64,000 nucleotides of DNA from Phaeosaccion multiseriatum (GCA_965112735.1 OZ218963.1:992001-1056000); one strand, 5' to 3'. Positions 1 through 13,968 are shown, numbered from the stretch's first letter. Notes: a model not told the origin generated them from the letters alone. Numbers and translations are program-made.

Positions 1-3000
1 GCATTCACTCACTCACTCACAAACGCACTCACTCACTCACTCACTCACTCACTCACTCACTCACTCACTCACTCACTCACTCACTCACTCACTCACTCAC
101 TCACTCACTCAGCCCCTCACTCACTCACTCACTCACTCACTCACTCACTCACTCACCCACTCACTCACTCACTCACTCACTCACTCACTCACTCACTCAC
201 TCACTCAGCCCCTCACTCAATAGCTCAATCCCTCAGGGAAAAGAAGAAAATCAAACACTCCCTCTCTCCCTTCCTCACTCACTCACACACTCACTCACTC
301 ACTCACACACTCACTCACCCACTCACTCACTTACTCACTCACTAGCTCACTCACTCACTCACTCGCTCGCTCACTCTATCCCACACTCACTTACACATTC
401 ACTCCCTCCCTCGCTCCCTCACTCACTCCCTCCCTCCCTCCCTCACTCACTCACTCACTCACGCACTCACTCACTCACTCACTCCCTCCCTCACTCGGCC
501 CCTCACTCATTAGCTCAATACCCACTACTAGTCACTCACTCACTCCCTCACTCACTCCCTCACTCGCTCCCTCCCTCCATCCCCCCTCAATCACACACTC
601 ACTCACACACTCCCTCCCTCCCTCCCTCACTCACTCACTCACTCACTCACTCACACACTCACTCACTTACTCCCTCACTCAGCCCCTCGCTCACTTTCTC
701 AATCACTCACTCACTCGCTCACTCACTCTATCCCACACTCACTCACACACTCACTCACTCACGCACTCACTCACACACTCAATTAATCCCTCACTCACAC
801 ACTCGCTCACTCGCTCACTCCCTCACGCGCTCCCTCACTCCCCCCCCTCTCTCACACACTCACTAAATCACTCCATCATAGTCATACGCAACCGATCTAA
901 GTACCGTCCTACACTCACTCTTACTCAGCCCCTCACTCACTAGATCAATCACTCACTCATTAGCTCGCTCACTCTCTCCATCCCACACACACTCACACAC
1001 TCACTCACTCACTCCCTCACTCACTAAAATAATCCCTCACTCACTCACTCACTCACTCAGGCACTCACTCACACACTCACTCACTCACTCACTAAGTCAG
1101 TCACTCACGCGCTCGCTCACTCACTCCCTCACTCACTCACTCACTCACTCCCTCACTCACTCACTCACTCACTCACTCACTCACTCACTCACTCACAAAA
1201 AAAAAGAACAATTACTCAGTCACTGGCTCGCTCACACTCTCCATCCCATACACACTCACTTACTCACTCACTCACCCACTCACTCACTCAATTATTCCCT
1301 CACTCACTCACTCACTCACTCACTCACTCACTCAATCACTCACTCACACACTCACTCACCCACTCACCCACTCACTCCGTCACTCCCTTACTCACTCACC
1401 CACTCACTTACTCCCTCCCTTCCTCCCTCCCTCCCTCACTCGATCACTCACTCACTCACTCCCTCCCTCCCTCCCTCACTCACTCACTCACTTACTCACT
1501 CACTCACTCACTCAATCACTCACTCACTCACTAATTCACTCACTCATTCACTCACTCACTCACTCACTCACCCACTCACTCACTCACCCACTCCCTCACT
1601 CACTCACTCACTCACTCACTCACTCACTCACTCCCTCACTCGGCCCCTCACTCATTAGCTCAATACCCACTACTAGTCACTCACTCACTCCCTCACTCAC
1701 TCCCTCACTCGCTCCCTCCCTCCATCCCCCCTCAATCACACACTCACTCACACACTCCCTCCCTCCCTCACTCACTCACTCACTCACTCACTCACACACT
1801 CACTCACTTACTCCCTCACTCAGCCCCTCGCTCACTTTCTCAATCACTCACTCACTCGCTCGCTCACTCTATCCCACACTCACTCACACACTCACTCACT
1901 CACGCACTCACTCACACACTCAATTAATCCCTCACTCACACACTCGCTCACTCGCTCACTCCCTCACGCGCTCCCTCACTCCCCCCCCTCTCTCACACAC
2001 TCACTAAATCACTCCATCATAGTCATAAGCAACCGATCTAAGTACCGTCCTACACTCACTCTTACTCAGCCCCTCACTCACTAGATCAATCACTCACTCA
2101 TTAGCTCGCTCACTCTCTCCATCCCACACACACTCACACACTCACTCACTCACTCACTCCCTCACTCACTAAAATAATCCCTCACTCACTCACTCACTCA
2201 CTCAGGCACTCACTCACACACTCACTCACTCACTCACTAAGTCAGTCACTCACTCACTCACTCACTCACTCCCTCACTCACTCACTCACTCACTCACTCA
2301 CTCACTCACAAAAAAAAAGAACAATTACTCAGTCACTGGCTCGCTCACACTCTCCATCCCATACACACTCACTTACTCACTCACTCACTCACTCACTCAA
2401 TTATTCCCTCACTCACTCACTCACTCACTCACTCACTCACTCAATCACTCACTCACACACTCACTCACCCACTCACCCACTCACTCCGTCACTCCCTTAC
2501 TCACTCACCCACTCACATACTCCCTCCCTTCCTCCCTCCCTCCCTCACTCGATCACTCACTCACTCACTCCCTCCCTCCCTCCCTCACTCACTCACTCAT
2601 TTACTCACTCACTCACTCACTCACTCACTCACTCACTCACTCATTCACTCACTCATTCACTCACTCACTCACTCACTCACCCACTCACTCACTCACCCAC
2701 TCACTCACTCACTCACTCACTCACTCACTCACTCACTCACTCACTCACTCACTCACTCACCCACTCACTCACTCACTCATTCACTCACTCACTCACTCAC
2801 TCACTCACTCACTCACTCACTCACTCACTCACTCACTCACTCACTCACTCACTCACTCACTCACTCACTCACGCACTCACTCAGTCACTCACACGCTCAC
2901 TCAATCAATCCCTCACTCGGCCCCTCACTCATTAGCGCCACCCCTCCCTCCCTCCCACCCTCTCTCATCCACTCACTCACACACTCACTCACTCACTTAC

Positions 3001-6000
3001 TCCCTTACTCAGCCCCTCGTTCACTAGCTCAATCGCTCACAATTTAATCACTCACTCACTCACTCACTCACTCACTCACTCACTCACTCGCTCACTCACT
3101 CACTCACTCACTCACTCACTCACTCACTCACTCACTCACCCACTCACTCACTCACTCACTCACTCACTCACTCACTCACTCACTCCCTCTCTCACTCACT
3201 CACTCACTTACTCACTCACTCACTCACTCACTCACTCACTCACTCACCCACTCACTCACTCACTCACTCACTCACTCACTCACTCACTCCCTCTCTCACT
3301 CACTCACTCACTTACTCACTCATTCACTCACTCACTCACTCACTCACTCACGCACTCACTCACTCACTCACACGCTCACTCAATCAATCCCTCACTCAGC
3401 CCCTCACTCATTAGCTCCATCCCTCCCTCCCAATATACTCACACACTCACTCACTCACTTACTCCCTTACTCAGCCCCTCGTTCACTAGCTCAATCACTT
3501 TTTCCATATTCACTCACTCACTCACTTACTCACTCGCATACTCACTCACTCACCCACTCACTCACTCACTCACTCACTCACTCACTCACTCACTCACTCA
3601 CTCACTCACTCACTAAGTCAGTCACTCACACGCTCGCTCACTCACCCCCATACTCAGCCCCTCACTCATAAGTTCAATCCCCCCCTCCCCCCCCCCCTCT
3701 CACCCACTCACTCACACACACACTCATTCATTTACTTCCATACTCAGCCCCTCACTCACTAGATCAATCACTCACTCACTGGCTCCCTCACTCTCTCTAT
3801 CCCACACACACTCACTCACTCACTCACTCACTCACTCACTCACTCACTCACTCACTCACTCACTCACTCACACACTCACTCACTCACTCACTCACTCACT
3901 CACTCACTCACTCACTCACTCACCCACTCACTCACTCACTCACTCACGCACTCACTCACTCACTCACTTACTCGCTCACTCACTCACTCGCTCACTCACT
4001 CACTCGCTCACTCACTCACTCGCTCACTCACTCACTCACTCACACACTCACTCACCCACTCACTCACCCACTCACTCGTCATTCCCTTACTCACTCACCC
4101 ACTCACTTACTCCCTCCCTTCCTCCCTCCCTCCCTCACTCACTCACTCACTCACTCAATCACGCACTCACTCACTCACTCAATCACTCACTCACTCACTC
4201 ACTCACTCACTCCCTCCCTCCCTCCCTCCCTCACTCACTCACTCACTCACTCGTTCGCTCACTCACTCACTCACTCACTCACACGCTCACTCGGTCACTC
4301 CCTCACTCAGCCCCTCACTCCTCACTCACCAGCTAAATCACTCACTCCCTCGCTCGCTCACTCCCTCCATTCCACACTCACTCACACACTCACATACTCA
4401 CTCACTCACTCACTCGCTCAACTAATCCCTCCCTCCCTCACTCACTCACTCACTCACTCGCTCAACTAATCCCTCCCTCCCTCACTCACTCACTCACTCA
4501 CTCACTCACCCACTCGCTCCCTCACACACTCACTCACCCACTCACTCACTTACTCACTCACTCACTCACTTATTTCCTCCCTTCCTCCCTCGCTCCCTCC
4601 CTCACTCACTCACTCACACACTCACTCACTCACTCACTCCATCACTCACCCACTCACCCCCTCACTCAGCCCCTCACTCCCTACCTCAGCCCCTCACTCA
4701 CTCACTCACTCACTCAAACACACACTCACTCACTCACTCACTCACTCACTCACTCACTCACTCACTAAGTCACTCACACGCTCACTCACTCACTCACTCA
4801 CTCACACGCTCACTCACTCACTCACTCACACGCTCACTCACTCACTCACTTATTCCCTCCCTGCTCCCTCACTCACTTACTCAATGACTCACTCACTCAC
4901 ACACTCACTTAATCACTCAGCCCCTCACTCAATAGCTCAATCGCTCACGAAGAAAGGAAGAGATGAACAGTCAGTGACCCACACGCTCATTCACTCACTC
5001 CCTCACTCACTCACTCACTCACTCACTCACTCACTCACTCACTCACTCACTCACTCACTCACTCACTCACTCACTCACTTACTCACTCACTCACTCACTC
5101 ACTCACTCACTCACTCACGCACCTACTCACTCACTCACTCACTCACTCACTCACTCCCCCACTCAGCCCCTCATCCAGTAGCTCAATACCTCCCTCCCTC
5201 CCTCGCTCCCTCTCTCACCCACTCACTCACTAAGTCAGTCACTCACTTACTCCCGTACTCAGCCCCTCACTCACTAGCTCACTCGCTCACTCACTCACCC
5301 ACTCACTCTCTCCTTCCCAAACTCACTCCATCACTCACTCACTCACTCACTCACTCACTCACTCACTCACTCACTCACTCATTCACTCACTCACTCACTC
5401 ACTCACTCACTCCCTCCCTCACTCACTCACTCACTCACTCACTCACTCACCCACTCACTTACCCACTCACTCCGTCACTCCCTCACTCACTCACTCACTT
5501 ACTCACATATTTCCTCCCTTCCCACCTCGCTCCCTCCCTCACTCACTCACTGACTCACTGAATCACACACTCACTCACTCACTCCCTCACTCCCTCACTC
5601 AGCCCCTCACTCATTAGCTCAGCCCCTCACTCACTCACTCACTCACTCACATACTCACCCACTCACTCAGTCAGTCAGTCACTCACTCACTCACTCACTC
5701 ACTCACTCCCTTACTCACTCAATCACTCACTCACTCGCTCGCTCACTTTCTCAATCCCACACTCACTTACACACTCACACACTCGCTCACTCAATCCCTC
5801 ACTCACTCACTCACTCACTCACTCACTCACTCACTCACTCACCCACTTACTAGCTCGGTCGCATACTCCATCCCACACTCACTTACACACTCACTTACTC
5901 ACGGACTCACTGACTCACTCACTCAATCCCTCACTCAGTCACTCACTCATTCACTCACTCACCCACTTACTCATCCACTCACTCACTCACTCCACTCACT

Positions 6001-8887
6001 CACCCACTCACCCACTTACTCATCCACTCACTCACTCACCCACTCACTTACCCACTCACTCCGTCACTCCGTCACTCACTCACTCACTCACTTATTCCCT
6101 CCCTTCCTCCCTCGCTCCCTCCCTCCCTCACTCACTAATTCACTCACTCACACACTCACTCCCTCACTCCCTCACTCCCTCACTCCCTCACTCACTCACT
6201 CACTCACTCACTCACTCACTCACTCACTCACTCACTCACTCACTCACTCACTCACTCACTCACTCACTCACTCACTCACTCACTCACTCACTCACTCACT
6301 CACTAGCTCGGTCGCATACTCCAACCCACACTCACTTACACACTCACTTACTCACTGACTCACTGACTCACTCACTCAATCCCTCACTCAGTCACTCACT
6401 CATTCACTCACTCACCCACTTACTCATCCACCCACTCACTCACTCCACTCACTCACTCACTCACTCACTCACTCACTCACTCACTCACTCACTCACTCAC
6501 TCACTCACTCATTCACTCACTCACCCACTTACTCATCCACTCACTCACTCACTCACTCACTCACTCACTCACTCACTCACTCACTCACTCACATGCTTCC
6601 TCCCTTCCTTCCTCGCTCCCTCTCTCACTCACTTACACACTCACTCACTCTCTCACTCACTCACTCACTCCCTCACTCAGCCCCTCACACAGCCCCTCAC
6701 TCATTAGCTCAGCCCCTCACTCACTCACTCACACACACACTCACTCACTCACTCACTCACTCACACGCTCACTCACTCACTCCCTCACTCAGCCCCTCAC
6801 CCATTAGCTCTATCCCTCTCTCACTCACTCACTTACTCACTCACACACTCGCTCACTCACTCACTCACTCACTCACTCACTCACTCACTCACTTACTCAA
6901 CCATTCAGTCACTCACTCACACGCTCACTCCCTAACTCCCTCACTCCGCCCCTCACTCATTAGCTTAATCCCTCACTCACTCACTCACTCACTCACTCAC
7001 TCACTCACTCACTCACTCACTCACTCACTCACTCACTCACTCACTCACTCACTCACTCACTCACTCACTCACTCACTCACTCACTCTCTCACTCACTCAC
7101 TCACTCACTCACTCACTCACTCGATCACTCACTTACTTACTCATTCACTCACTCACTCACACGCTCACTCACTAACTCCCTCACTCAGCCCCTCACTCAT
7201 TACCTCCCTCCCTCCCTCCCTCCCTCCCTCCCTCCCTCTCTCACCCACTCACTCACCAAGTCAGTCACTCACTTACTCCCTTACTCAGCCCCTCACTCAC
7301 TAGCTCAATCGCTCACTCACTTGCTCGCTCACTCTCTCCTTCCCAAACTCACTCAATCACTCACTCACTCACTCAGTCACTCACTCAATTAATCCCTCAC
7401 TCACTAATTCACTCACTCACTCACTCACACATTCAATCACACACTCACTCACCCACTCACTCACCCACTCACTCCGTCACTCCCTCCCTCACTCACTCAC
7501 TCACTTATTCCCTCCCTTCCTCACTCGCTCGCTCCCTCACTCACTCACTGACTCACTCACTCGCACACTCACTTACTCACTCCCTTACTCCCTCACTCAG
7601 CCCCTCACTCAGCCCCTCACTCAGTAGCTCAGCCCCTCACTCACACACTCACTCACTCACTCACTCACTCACTCAATCACTCACTCACTCACTCACTCAC
7701 TCACTCACTCACTCACTCACTCACTCACACACTCAATCACACACTCACTCCCTCACTACCTCACTCACTCACTCACTCACTCACTCACTCACTCAGTCAC
7801 TCACACGCTCACTCACTCACTCTCTCACCCAGCCCCTCACTCCTCACTCACTAGCTCAATCACTCACTCACTCGCTCGCTCACTCTCTCCTTCCCACACT
7901 CACTCACACACTCACTCACTCACTCACTCACTCAATTTATCCCTCACTCGCTCATTCACTCACTCACTCACTCACTCACTCAATTTATCCCTCACTCGCT
8001 CATTCACTCACTCACTCACTCACACACTCACTCACACACTCACTCACACACTCACTCACACACTCACTCACCCATTCACTCCGCCACTCCCTCACTCACT
8101 CACTCACTCACTCACTCACTCACTTACTTATTCCCTCCCCTCCTTCCTCGCTCCCTCGCTCCCTCCCTCTCTCACTCACACACTCACTCACTCACTCACT
8201 CACTCACTCATTCCCTCACTCACTCACTCACTCACTCATTAGCTCAGCCCCTCACTCACTCACTCACTCACTCACTCACTCACTCACTCACTCACTCACT
8301 CACTCACTCACTCACTCACACACTCGCTCACTCACTCACTCACTTACACACTCACTCAGTCAGTCACTCACACACTCACTCACCCATTCACTCCGCCACT
8401 CCCTCACTCACTCACTCACTCACTCACTTACTTATTCCCTCCCCTCCTTCCTCGCTCCCTCGCTCCCTCCCTCTCTCACTCACACACTCACTCACTCACT
8501 CACTCACTCACTCACTCATTCCCTCACTCAGCCCCTCACTCATTAGATCAATCCCTCACTCACTCACTCACTCACTCACTCACTCACTCACTCACTCACT
8601 CACGCACTCACTCACACACTCACTCACACACTCGCTCACTCACTCACTCACTCACTCACTCAATCACGCACTCACTCAAACACTCACTCATTCGCTCACT
8701 CTCTCTCTATCGATGTTGACACTGGATATCGATCTCTACATCGCTGGTACATGTCCGTTCACTTGGTACTCCTTTATTAAACCTTACGACTCTTATGTAG
8801 CTAATAAGACGCTTTTCCATAACCCGTGCAAGTACGGCATTGATCTCTGGGAGAGAGATATCCCAACACACTCACTCACTCATTAAC

Positions 8888-8945
8888 TGTGCTAGGCGCA
8901 ATACTAGAGGTTCAGGATAATTTGACGTTATCTGAGCCTAGCACA
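8888..8945. mobile_element. 58-bp TGT...ACA foldback mini-element with 4-bp TSD (TAAC)
   Basis: 10-bp TIR TGTGCTAGGC/GCCTAGCACA; TAAC at 8884-8887 and 8946-8949. Confidence 0.6.
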
Positions 8946-9326
8946 TAACTCACTCACTCTCACTCACTCCCTCACCCACTCACTCGCTCGCTCACTCACT
9001 CACTCACACATTCACTCGCTCGCTCACTCACTCACTCACACACTCCCCCACTCCCCCACTCACTCACTGACAAACTCACTCACACACTCACGCACTCACT
9101 CACTCACGCACTCACTCACTCACTCACTCGCTCACTAACTCCCGCTCACTCACTCACTAAATCACTCCCTCATAGTCATAAGCAACCGATCTAAGTATAC
9201 CGTCCTACACTCACTTACTCACTCAGTCACGCACGCATGCCCAAACGCAATCGCTCACTCATTCAATCACCACTTACTCACTCACTCACTCACTCACTCA
9301 CTCACTAACTCGCTAACTCACTCACT

Positions 9327-9414
9327 TGTTAGAAGTCGTGCTTTTGTTAGACTGAACCTACCCTCTGAATTCAGACCGGGAGGTATCAGTCTAGCAAAAG
9401 CACGACTTTTAACA
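9327..9414. mobile_element. 88-bp TGT...ACA foldback element/hairpin with 4-bp TSD (CACT)
   Basis: 29-bp inverted arms with 2 mismatches (9327-9355 / 9386-9414); CACT on both flanks, which is weak evidence in an ACTC context. Confidence 0.6.
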
Positions 9415-9752
9415 CACTAACTCACTCACTCACACACTCACTCACTCACTCACTCACTCACTCACTCACTCACTCGCTCGCTCACTCACACACACACTCA
9501 CACACTCACTCACTCACTCGCCCACTCCCTCTATCTCATACTCACTCACAGACTCACGCACTCACTCACCCACTGACTCCCTCCCTCGCTAACTCACACG
9601 CCCACTCACTTACTGACTCACTCACTGAACGACTCCCTCATAGTGTCATTAGATACCGATCCAAAAACCGTCCTCAGCACACTTACTCACTCAGTAACCA
9701 CGCATGTCCGCTGCTTCAGCAGCGAAGCCACGGAAGTTCTGTTCTCGCGGCA

Positions 9753-9860
9753 TGGAAGCCTAGACTTGAGTTGGCTCGGGATTATAGCTCAAGGGTACAG
9801 TTTCTATCTAAACCTGAAAGATGAGATATAATCCCGAGCCAACTCAAGTCTAGGCTCCCA
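9753..9860 (-). other. Long hairpin (about 39-bp stem, 30-bp perfect core)
   Basis: AGCCTAGACTTGAGTTGGCTCGGGATTATA at 9757-9786 and its reverse complement at 9827-9856. Confidence 0.9.
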
Positions 9861-10545
9861 CGTTCTCCTTCTCCTCCTCGACTCCGCTGTCGTTGTGGGT
9901 GTCGTCGGAGGGGTTGCTGTTGTTGTGTTGTCGCTCGATGCGCGGTGGATTTCCCCGTCGGAATAGGTGTACGAATACACGCTGGGTGTAGAGGGGGTCG
10001 GCGAGTCCGGGCGGTTGATGAGCGGGCGGGTGATGCCGTTAGCGACGTCGGTGTCGGTGTCGTAGGCGAATGTGTAAGCTTGACCCAAGGGTGGTGTTGG
10101 TGCTCGACGGCGCGGGTGCCGGCGGACGCGCTGTGTCAATGCCAAATCGTCCGAGTCGGGGTCTTCGTCGTCACTGGTCGCTTCCAGGCGTCGTTTGTTG
10201 TCCGACTCGATGTTTGTGTTCCGGGTGGTATGTGAGTACCGGTGGTTATCGGTCTCCAGTATCGAGCGGCAGTGGAGGCCGCGTACTCGCGAAAGGCAAT
10301 TAAGCAGTACTTGTCCTGCTCGCTGTGCCTTATTGTTAGCGGAAACGCAGGCGTTGCTTGCACGTTCCGCGTCTGATATGGCCGAGTCGAGGTCCTCGTT
10401 AATGAGGCGGGCTTCGGCGTGATGCGTCTCCTCAGCCGCTTTCTGGTGAGACTCGACTTCAATGATGCGTAACGCTTGTTGGATGGTGGTAACTGTTGCC
10501 GCCAGAGCGTGGGCCTCGCCGTGATAAGGTGTGCCGATCTCAATG
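9804..10545 (-). pseudogene. ORF of about 250 codons (coiled-coil-like N-part, Ser/Thr/Pro-rich C-part) interrupted by a transposon
   Basis: The frame of ORF 9804..10145 stays open upstream (IEIGTPYHGEAHALAATVTTIQQALRIIEVESHQKAAEE...) to the insertion site and for about 9 more codons beyond 13129. No ATG and no recognisable domain. Confidence 0.45.
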
Positions 10546-13123
10546 TCGGCCCCAGACTGGCCTAGACGCCTAGGCCTATTTTTGGCGCAGCCCCCCCGGC
10601 CTAGGCCTATCGACCCTGGACAAGATTACGGTGTGCGCCGGGACCGCAATCAGTAATCAGCCCCAAGCTGGCGCATAATCAGTACTCAGGCCGGCTGATC
10701 ACCCGCTGTAAGCAACCAGGCCGGCTGTCTACGGCTGGTGCCGGTCATAATCAGTAACAAGGCCGGCTGCGACGGCCGTAATCAGTACTCAGATAATCTT
10801 GTCCAGGGTCGACTCCCTCCCTTCCTCCCTTCCTCCCTTCCTCCCTCCCTCCCTCCCTCCCTCCCTCCCTCCCTCCCTCCCTCCCTCCCTCCCTCCCTCC
10901 CTCCCTCCCTCCCTCCCTCCCTCCCTCCCTCCCTCCCTCCCTCCCTCCCTCCCTCCCTCCCTCCCTCCCTCCCTCCCTCCCTCCCTCCCTCCCTCCCTCC
11001 CTCCCTCCCTCCCTCCCTCCCTCCCTCCCTCCCTCCCTCCCTCCCTCCCTCCCTCCCTCCCTCCCTCCCTCCCTCCCTCCCTCCCTCCCTCCCTCCCTCC
11101 CTCCCTCCCTCCCTCCCTCCCTCCCTCCCTCCCTCCCTCCCTCCCTCCCTCCCTCCCTCCCTCCCTCCCTCCCTCCCTCCCTCCCTCCCTCCCTCCCTCC
11201 CTCCCTCCCTCCCTCCCTCCCTCCCTCCCTCCCTCCCTCCCTCCCTCCCTCCCTCCCTCCCTCCCTCCCTCCCTCCCTCCCTCCCTCCCTCCCTCCCTCC
11301 CTCCCTCCCTCCCTCCCTCCCTCCCTCCCTCCCTCTATCCCTCCTCCCTCCCTCCCTCCCTCCCTCCCTCCCCTCCCTCCGCCCTCCCTCCCTCCCTATC
11401 CCTCCCGCCCTCCCTCCCTCCCTCCCTCCCTCCCTCCCTCCCTCCCTCCCTCCCTCCCTCCCTCCCTCCCTCCCTCCCTCCCTCCCTCCCTCCCTCCCTC
11501 CCTCCCTCCCTCCCTCCCTCCCTCCCTCCCTCCCTCCCTCCCTCCCTCCCTCCCTCCCTCCCTCCCTCCCTCCCTCCCTCCCTCCCTCCCTCCCTCCCTC
11601 CCTCCCTCCCTCCCTCCCTCCCTCCCTCCCTCCCTCCCTCCCTCCCTCCCTCCCTCCCTCCCTCCCTCCCTCCCTCCCTCCCTCCCTCCCTCCCTCCCTC
11701 CCTCCCTCCCTCCCTCCCTCCCTCCCTCCCTCCCTCCCTCCCTCCCTCCCTCCCTCCCTCCCTCCCTCCGTCCCTCCCTCGCTCCCTCCCTCCCTCCCTC
11801 CCTCCCTCCCTCCCTCCCTCCCTCCCTCCCTCCCTCCCTCCCTCCCTCCCTCCCTCCCTCCCTCCCTCCCTCCCTCCCTCCCTCTATCCCACTATCCCTC
11901 CGCCCTCCCTCCCTCCCACCCTCCCGCCCTCCCTCCCTCCCTCCCTCCCTCCCTCCCTCCCTCCCTCTCTCCCTCCCTCCTTCCCTCCCTCCCTCCCTCG
12001 CTGCCTCCCTCCCTCCCTCCCTCCCTCCCTCCCTCCCTCCCTCCCTCCCTCCCTCCCTCCCTCCCTCCCTCCCTCCTCGTATCCGTCTATTGTTATTGGG
12101 ATGCCTTATATCGTAACATCTATCCCACTGTCCCTCCCTCCCTCCCTCGCTCCCTCCCTCCCTCCCTCCCTCCGCCCCTCCCTCCGCCCCTCCCTCTATC
12201 CCTCCCTCCCTCCCTCTATCCCGCTATTCCTCCCTGTGGAAAGTCGATTCGTAAGTCAATGGCCCAGGCCCAGGCAGATACGGTGAGAACGAGTGGCGTG
12301 GCTCTCACTATCCTATGTGCGTAGGTGGTCGTTCAGGACTAGCATGCGATAAGTTAATAGAGGCAAGACTGGCTGCTAGGCTGGCTTTGGGGTTGCTGTT
12401 ACCTTGTCCGTGTGTCTAGTTCTATCCTATCTGTAGGCGACAGCGCATGTCGTTTTACACTATCTGTAGGCGACAGCGCTTGTCGTTTTACATCCCTCCC
12501 TACCTCCTTCTATCCCTCTACCCCTCTGTCCCTCCCTTCCTCCCTCCCTCTACACCTCCCACCCTCCCTCCCACCCTCCCTTCCTCCCTCCCTCTCTCCC
12601 TCCCTCCCTCCCTCCCTCCCTCCCTCCCTCCCTCCCTCCCTCCCTCCCTCCCTCCCTCCCTCCCTCCCTCCCTCCCTCCCTCCCTCCCTCCCTCCCTCCC
12701 TCCCTCCCTCCCTCCCTCCCTCCCTCCCTCCCTCCCTCCCTCCCTCCCTCCCTCCCTCCCTCCCTCCCTCCCTCCCTCCCTCCCTCCCTCCCTCCCTCCC
12801 TCCCTCCCTCCCTCCCTCCCTCCCTCCCTCCCTCCCTCCCTCCCTCCCTCCCGCGCTCGCTCCCTCCCTCCCTCCCTCCCTCCCTCCCTCCCTGCCTCGC
12901 TCCCTCCCTCCCTCCCTCCCTCCCTTCGACCCTGGACAAGGTTACGGTGTGCGCCGGCCGTAATCAGTAATCAGCCCCCGGCTGGCGCATAATCAGTAAT
13001 CAGGCCGGCTGCGCCGGCCGTAATCAGTAATCAGATAGGTCGAGGCCTAGGCCTAGAACCGCCGGCCTAGGGAGAAAAAATGGCCGGCCTAGAGCATAGG
13101 CTTCTAGGCCAGTCTGGGGCCGA
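10546..13123 (+). mobile_element. Non-autonomous TIR transposon (outer element), 6-bp TSD TCAATG
   Basis: 27-bp TIRs with 1 mismatch (TCGGCCCCAGACTGGCCTAGA(C/A)GCCTA at 10546-10572 and 13097-13123); TCAATG at 10540-10545 and 13124-13129. Confidence 0.9.
10610..13043 (+). mobile_element. Nested composite element: two direct MITE modules (10610-10812, 12926-13043) flanking (CCCT)n cargo, 6-bp TSD GGCCTA
   Basis: Module 1 has 19-bp TIRs TCGACCCTGGACAAGATTA and internal TAATCAGTAATCAG repeats. Module 2 is a shortened direct copy with an internally deleted right TIR. GGCCTA at 10604-10609 and 13044-13049. Confidence 0.8.
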
Positions 13124-13968
13124 TCAATGGAGGATTCCGAAGTGGATGGTGAGCACTAGTTGTGCTCCTATTCCCCGACGGGGGAGGATAAGCGTGGCAT
13201 GATTGACTGCAAGTTGCGGGCCATGTCATCACAGTGTGGTAGCAGAAGGCGCGTCCACAGAACATGACTCTACGATACGCTCGCTCCCCCTTCCTTCCCT
13301 TCCTGTAGTTCACAGTTGGCTTGGTATTTCCAACAATGGAGTGGAAGGAGAAACAGGGTCCGAGGGGGTGGGATGGGGCGTGGGCGCGTGTGTTGCCCCC
13401 AAGTTAGTACTTCGTAGTACTTCGTAGTACATGGCAGCAGATGGTTTCGGAACGCAGTTGCTCTGCGGCTCGAGCTCAGAAGAGGAAGAGCTCTGCTGTG
13501 CGCACTCCCCTACCGTGATTGAAGGAGATTGAGAGCAGATACAGGGGTGTGTACGAGCAGGGAGGGGAGTAGAGACTGATGGTGTAGGAAAGCTAGGATC
13601 GCAGTTGGGCCAGACTGCTTCCCTTGTGAGGGTGAAGCAAGGTGCTGCTGTGCATACTTGTGTCATGCTAGCTGTTACAAACACAAAAGGTGCCCCGAAT
13701 GCTCTACCGGTTGCAAGGGTTTGCGCTACGCACAAGCATCTGGTAGAAATTTGAGACCCTTGGCCGCGGACTTGCTAGCAAGATTGTGGTCTCGCCTAGA
13801 CTAAGGCTTTTTCTTCCTTTCTCTCGCCGGTGACGTGCCTTCCGCTAGCTCATCGCCCTTTCCTCTCAGTCAGCGTCGTGGGGTCCGTCTACCCTAATCT
13901 CTCCGTCTCCTCCCTTTCATCCCCCGGCCGGCGCATGTAGGAGATTGGCCGTCACGTGTTTGGTCGAC

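Larger units (their letters stand above)
1..9708. repeat. Degenerate (ACTC)n microsatellite field with internal higher-order duplication
   Basis: Continuous ACTC/CCCT 4-mers with recurrent variants (AGCCCCTCACTC). About 480-1620 is duplicated at about 1625-2740. The non-repetitive island CATAGTCATAAGCAACCGATCTAAGTA recurs at about 877, 2018 and 9171, with a diverged copy at 9639. Confidence 0.95.
9709..13968 (-). mobile_element. Unclassified dispersed element with disrupted ORF, host of the 10546-13123 insertion
   Basis: 9709-9750 is the exact reverse complement of 35525-35566, and about 13338-13585 is a diverged reverse complement of about 35269-35525. The sequence is continuous across the TCAATG TSD. 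Outer limits are set by the return to ACTC repeats. Confidence 0.55.

Noticed and set aside
1-240. Telomeric repeat
   Set aside because: ACTC is not a recognised telomere unit and it also occurs internally (14430, 42030).
4884-7303. THSL-repeat ORFs
   Set aside because: Translations of the (ACTC)n microsatellite, which lacks stop codons on this strand.
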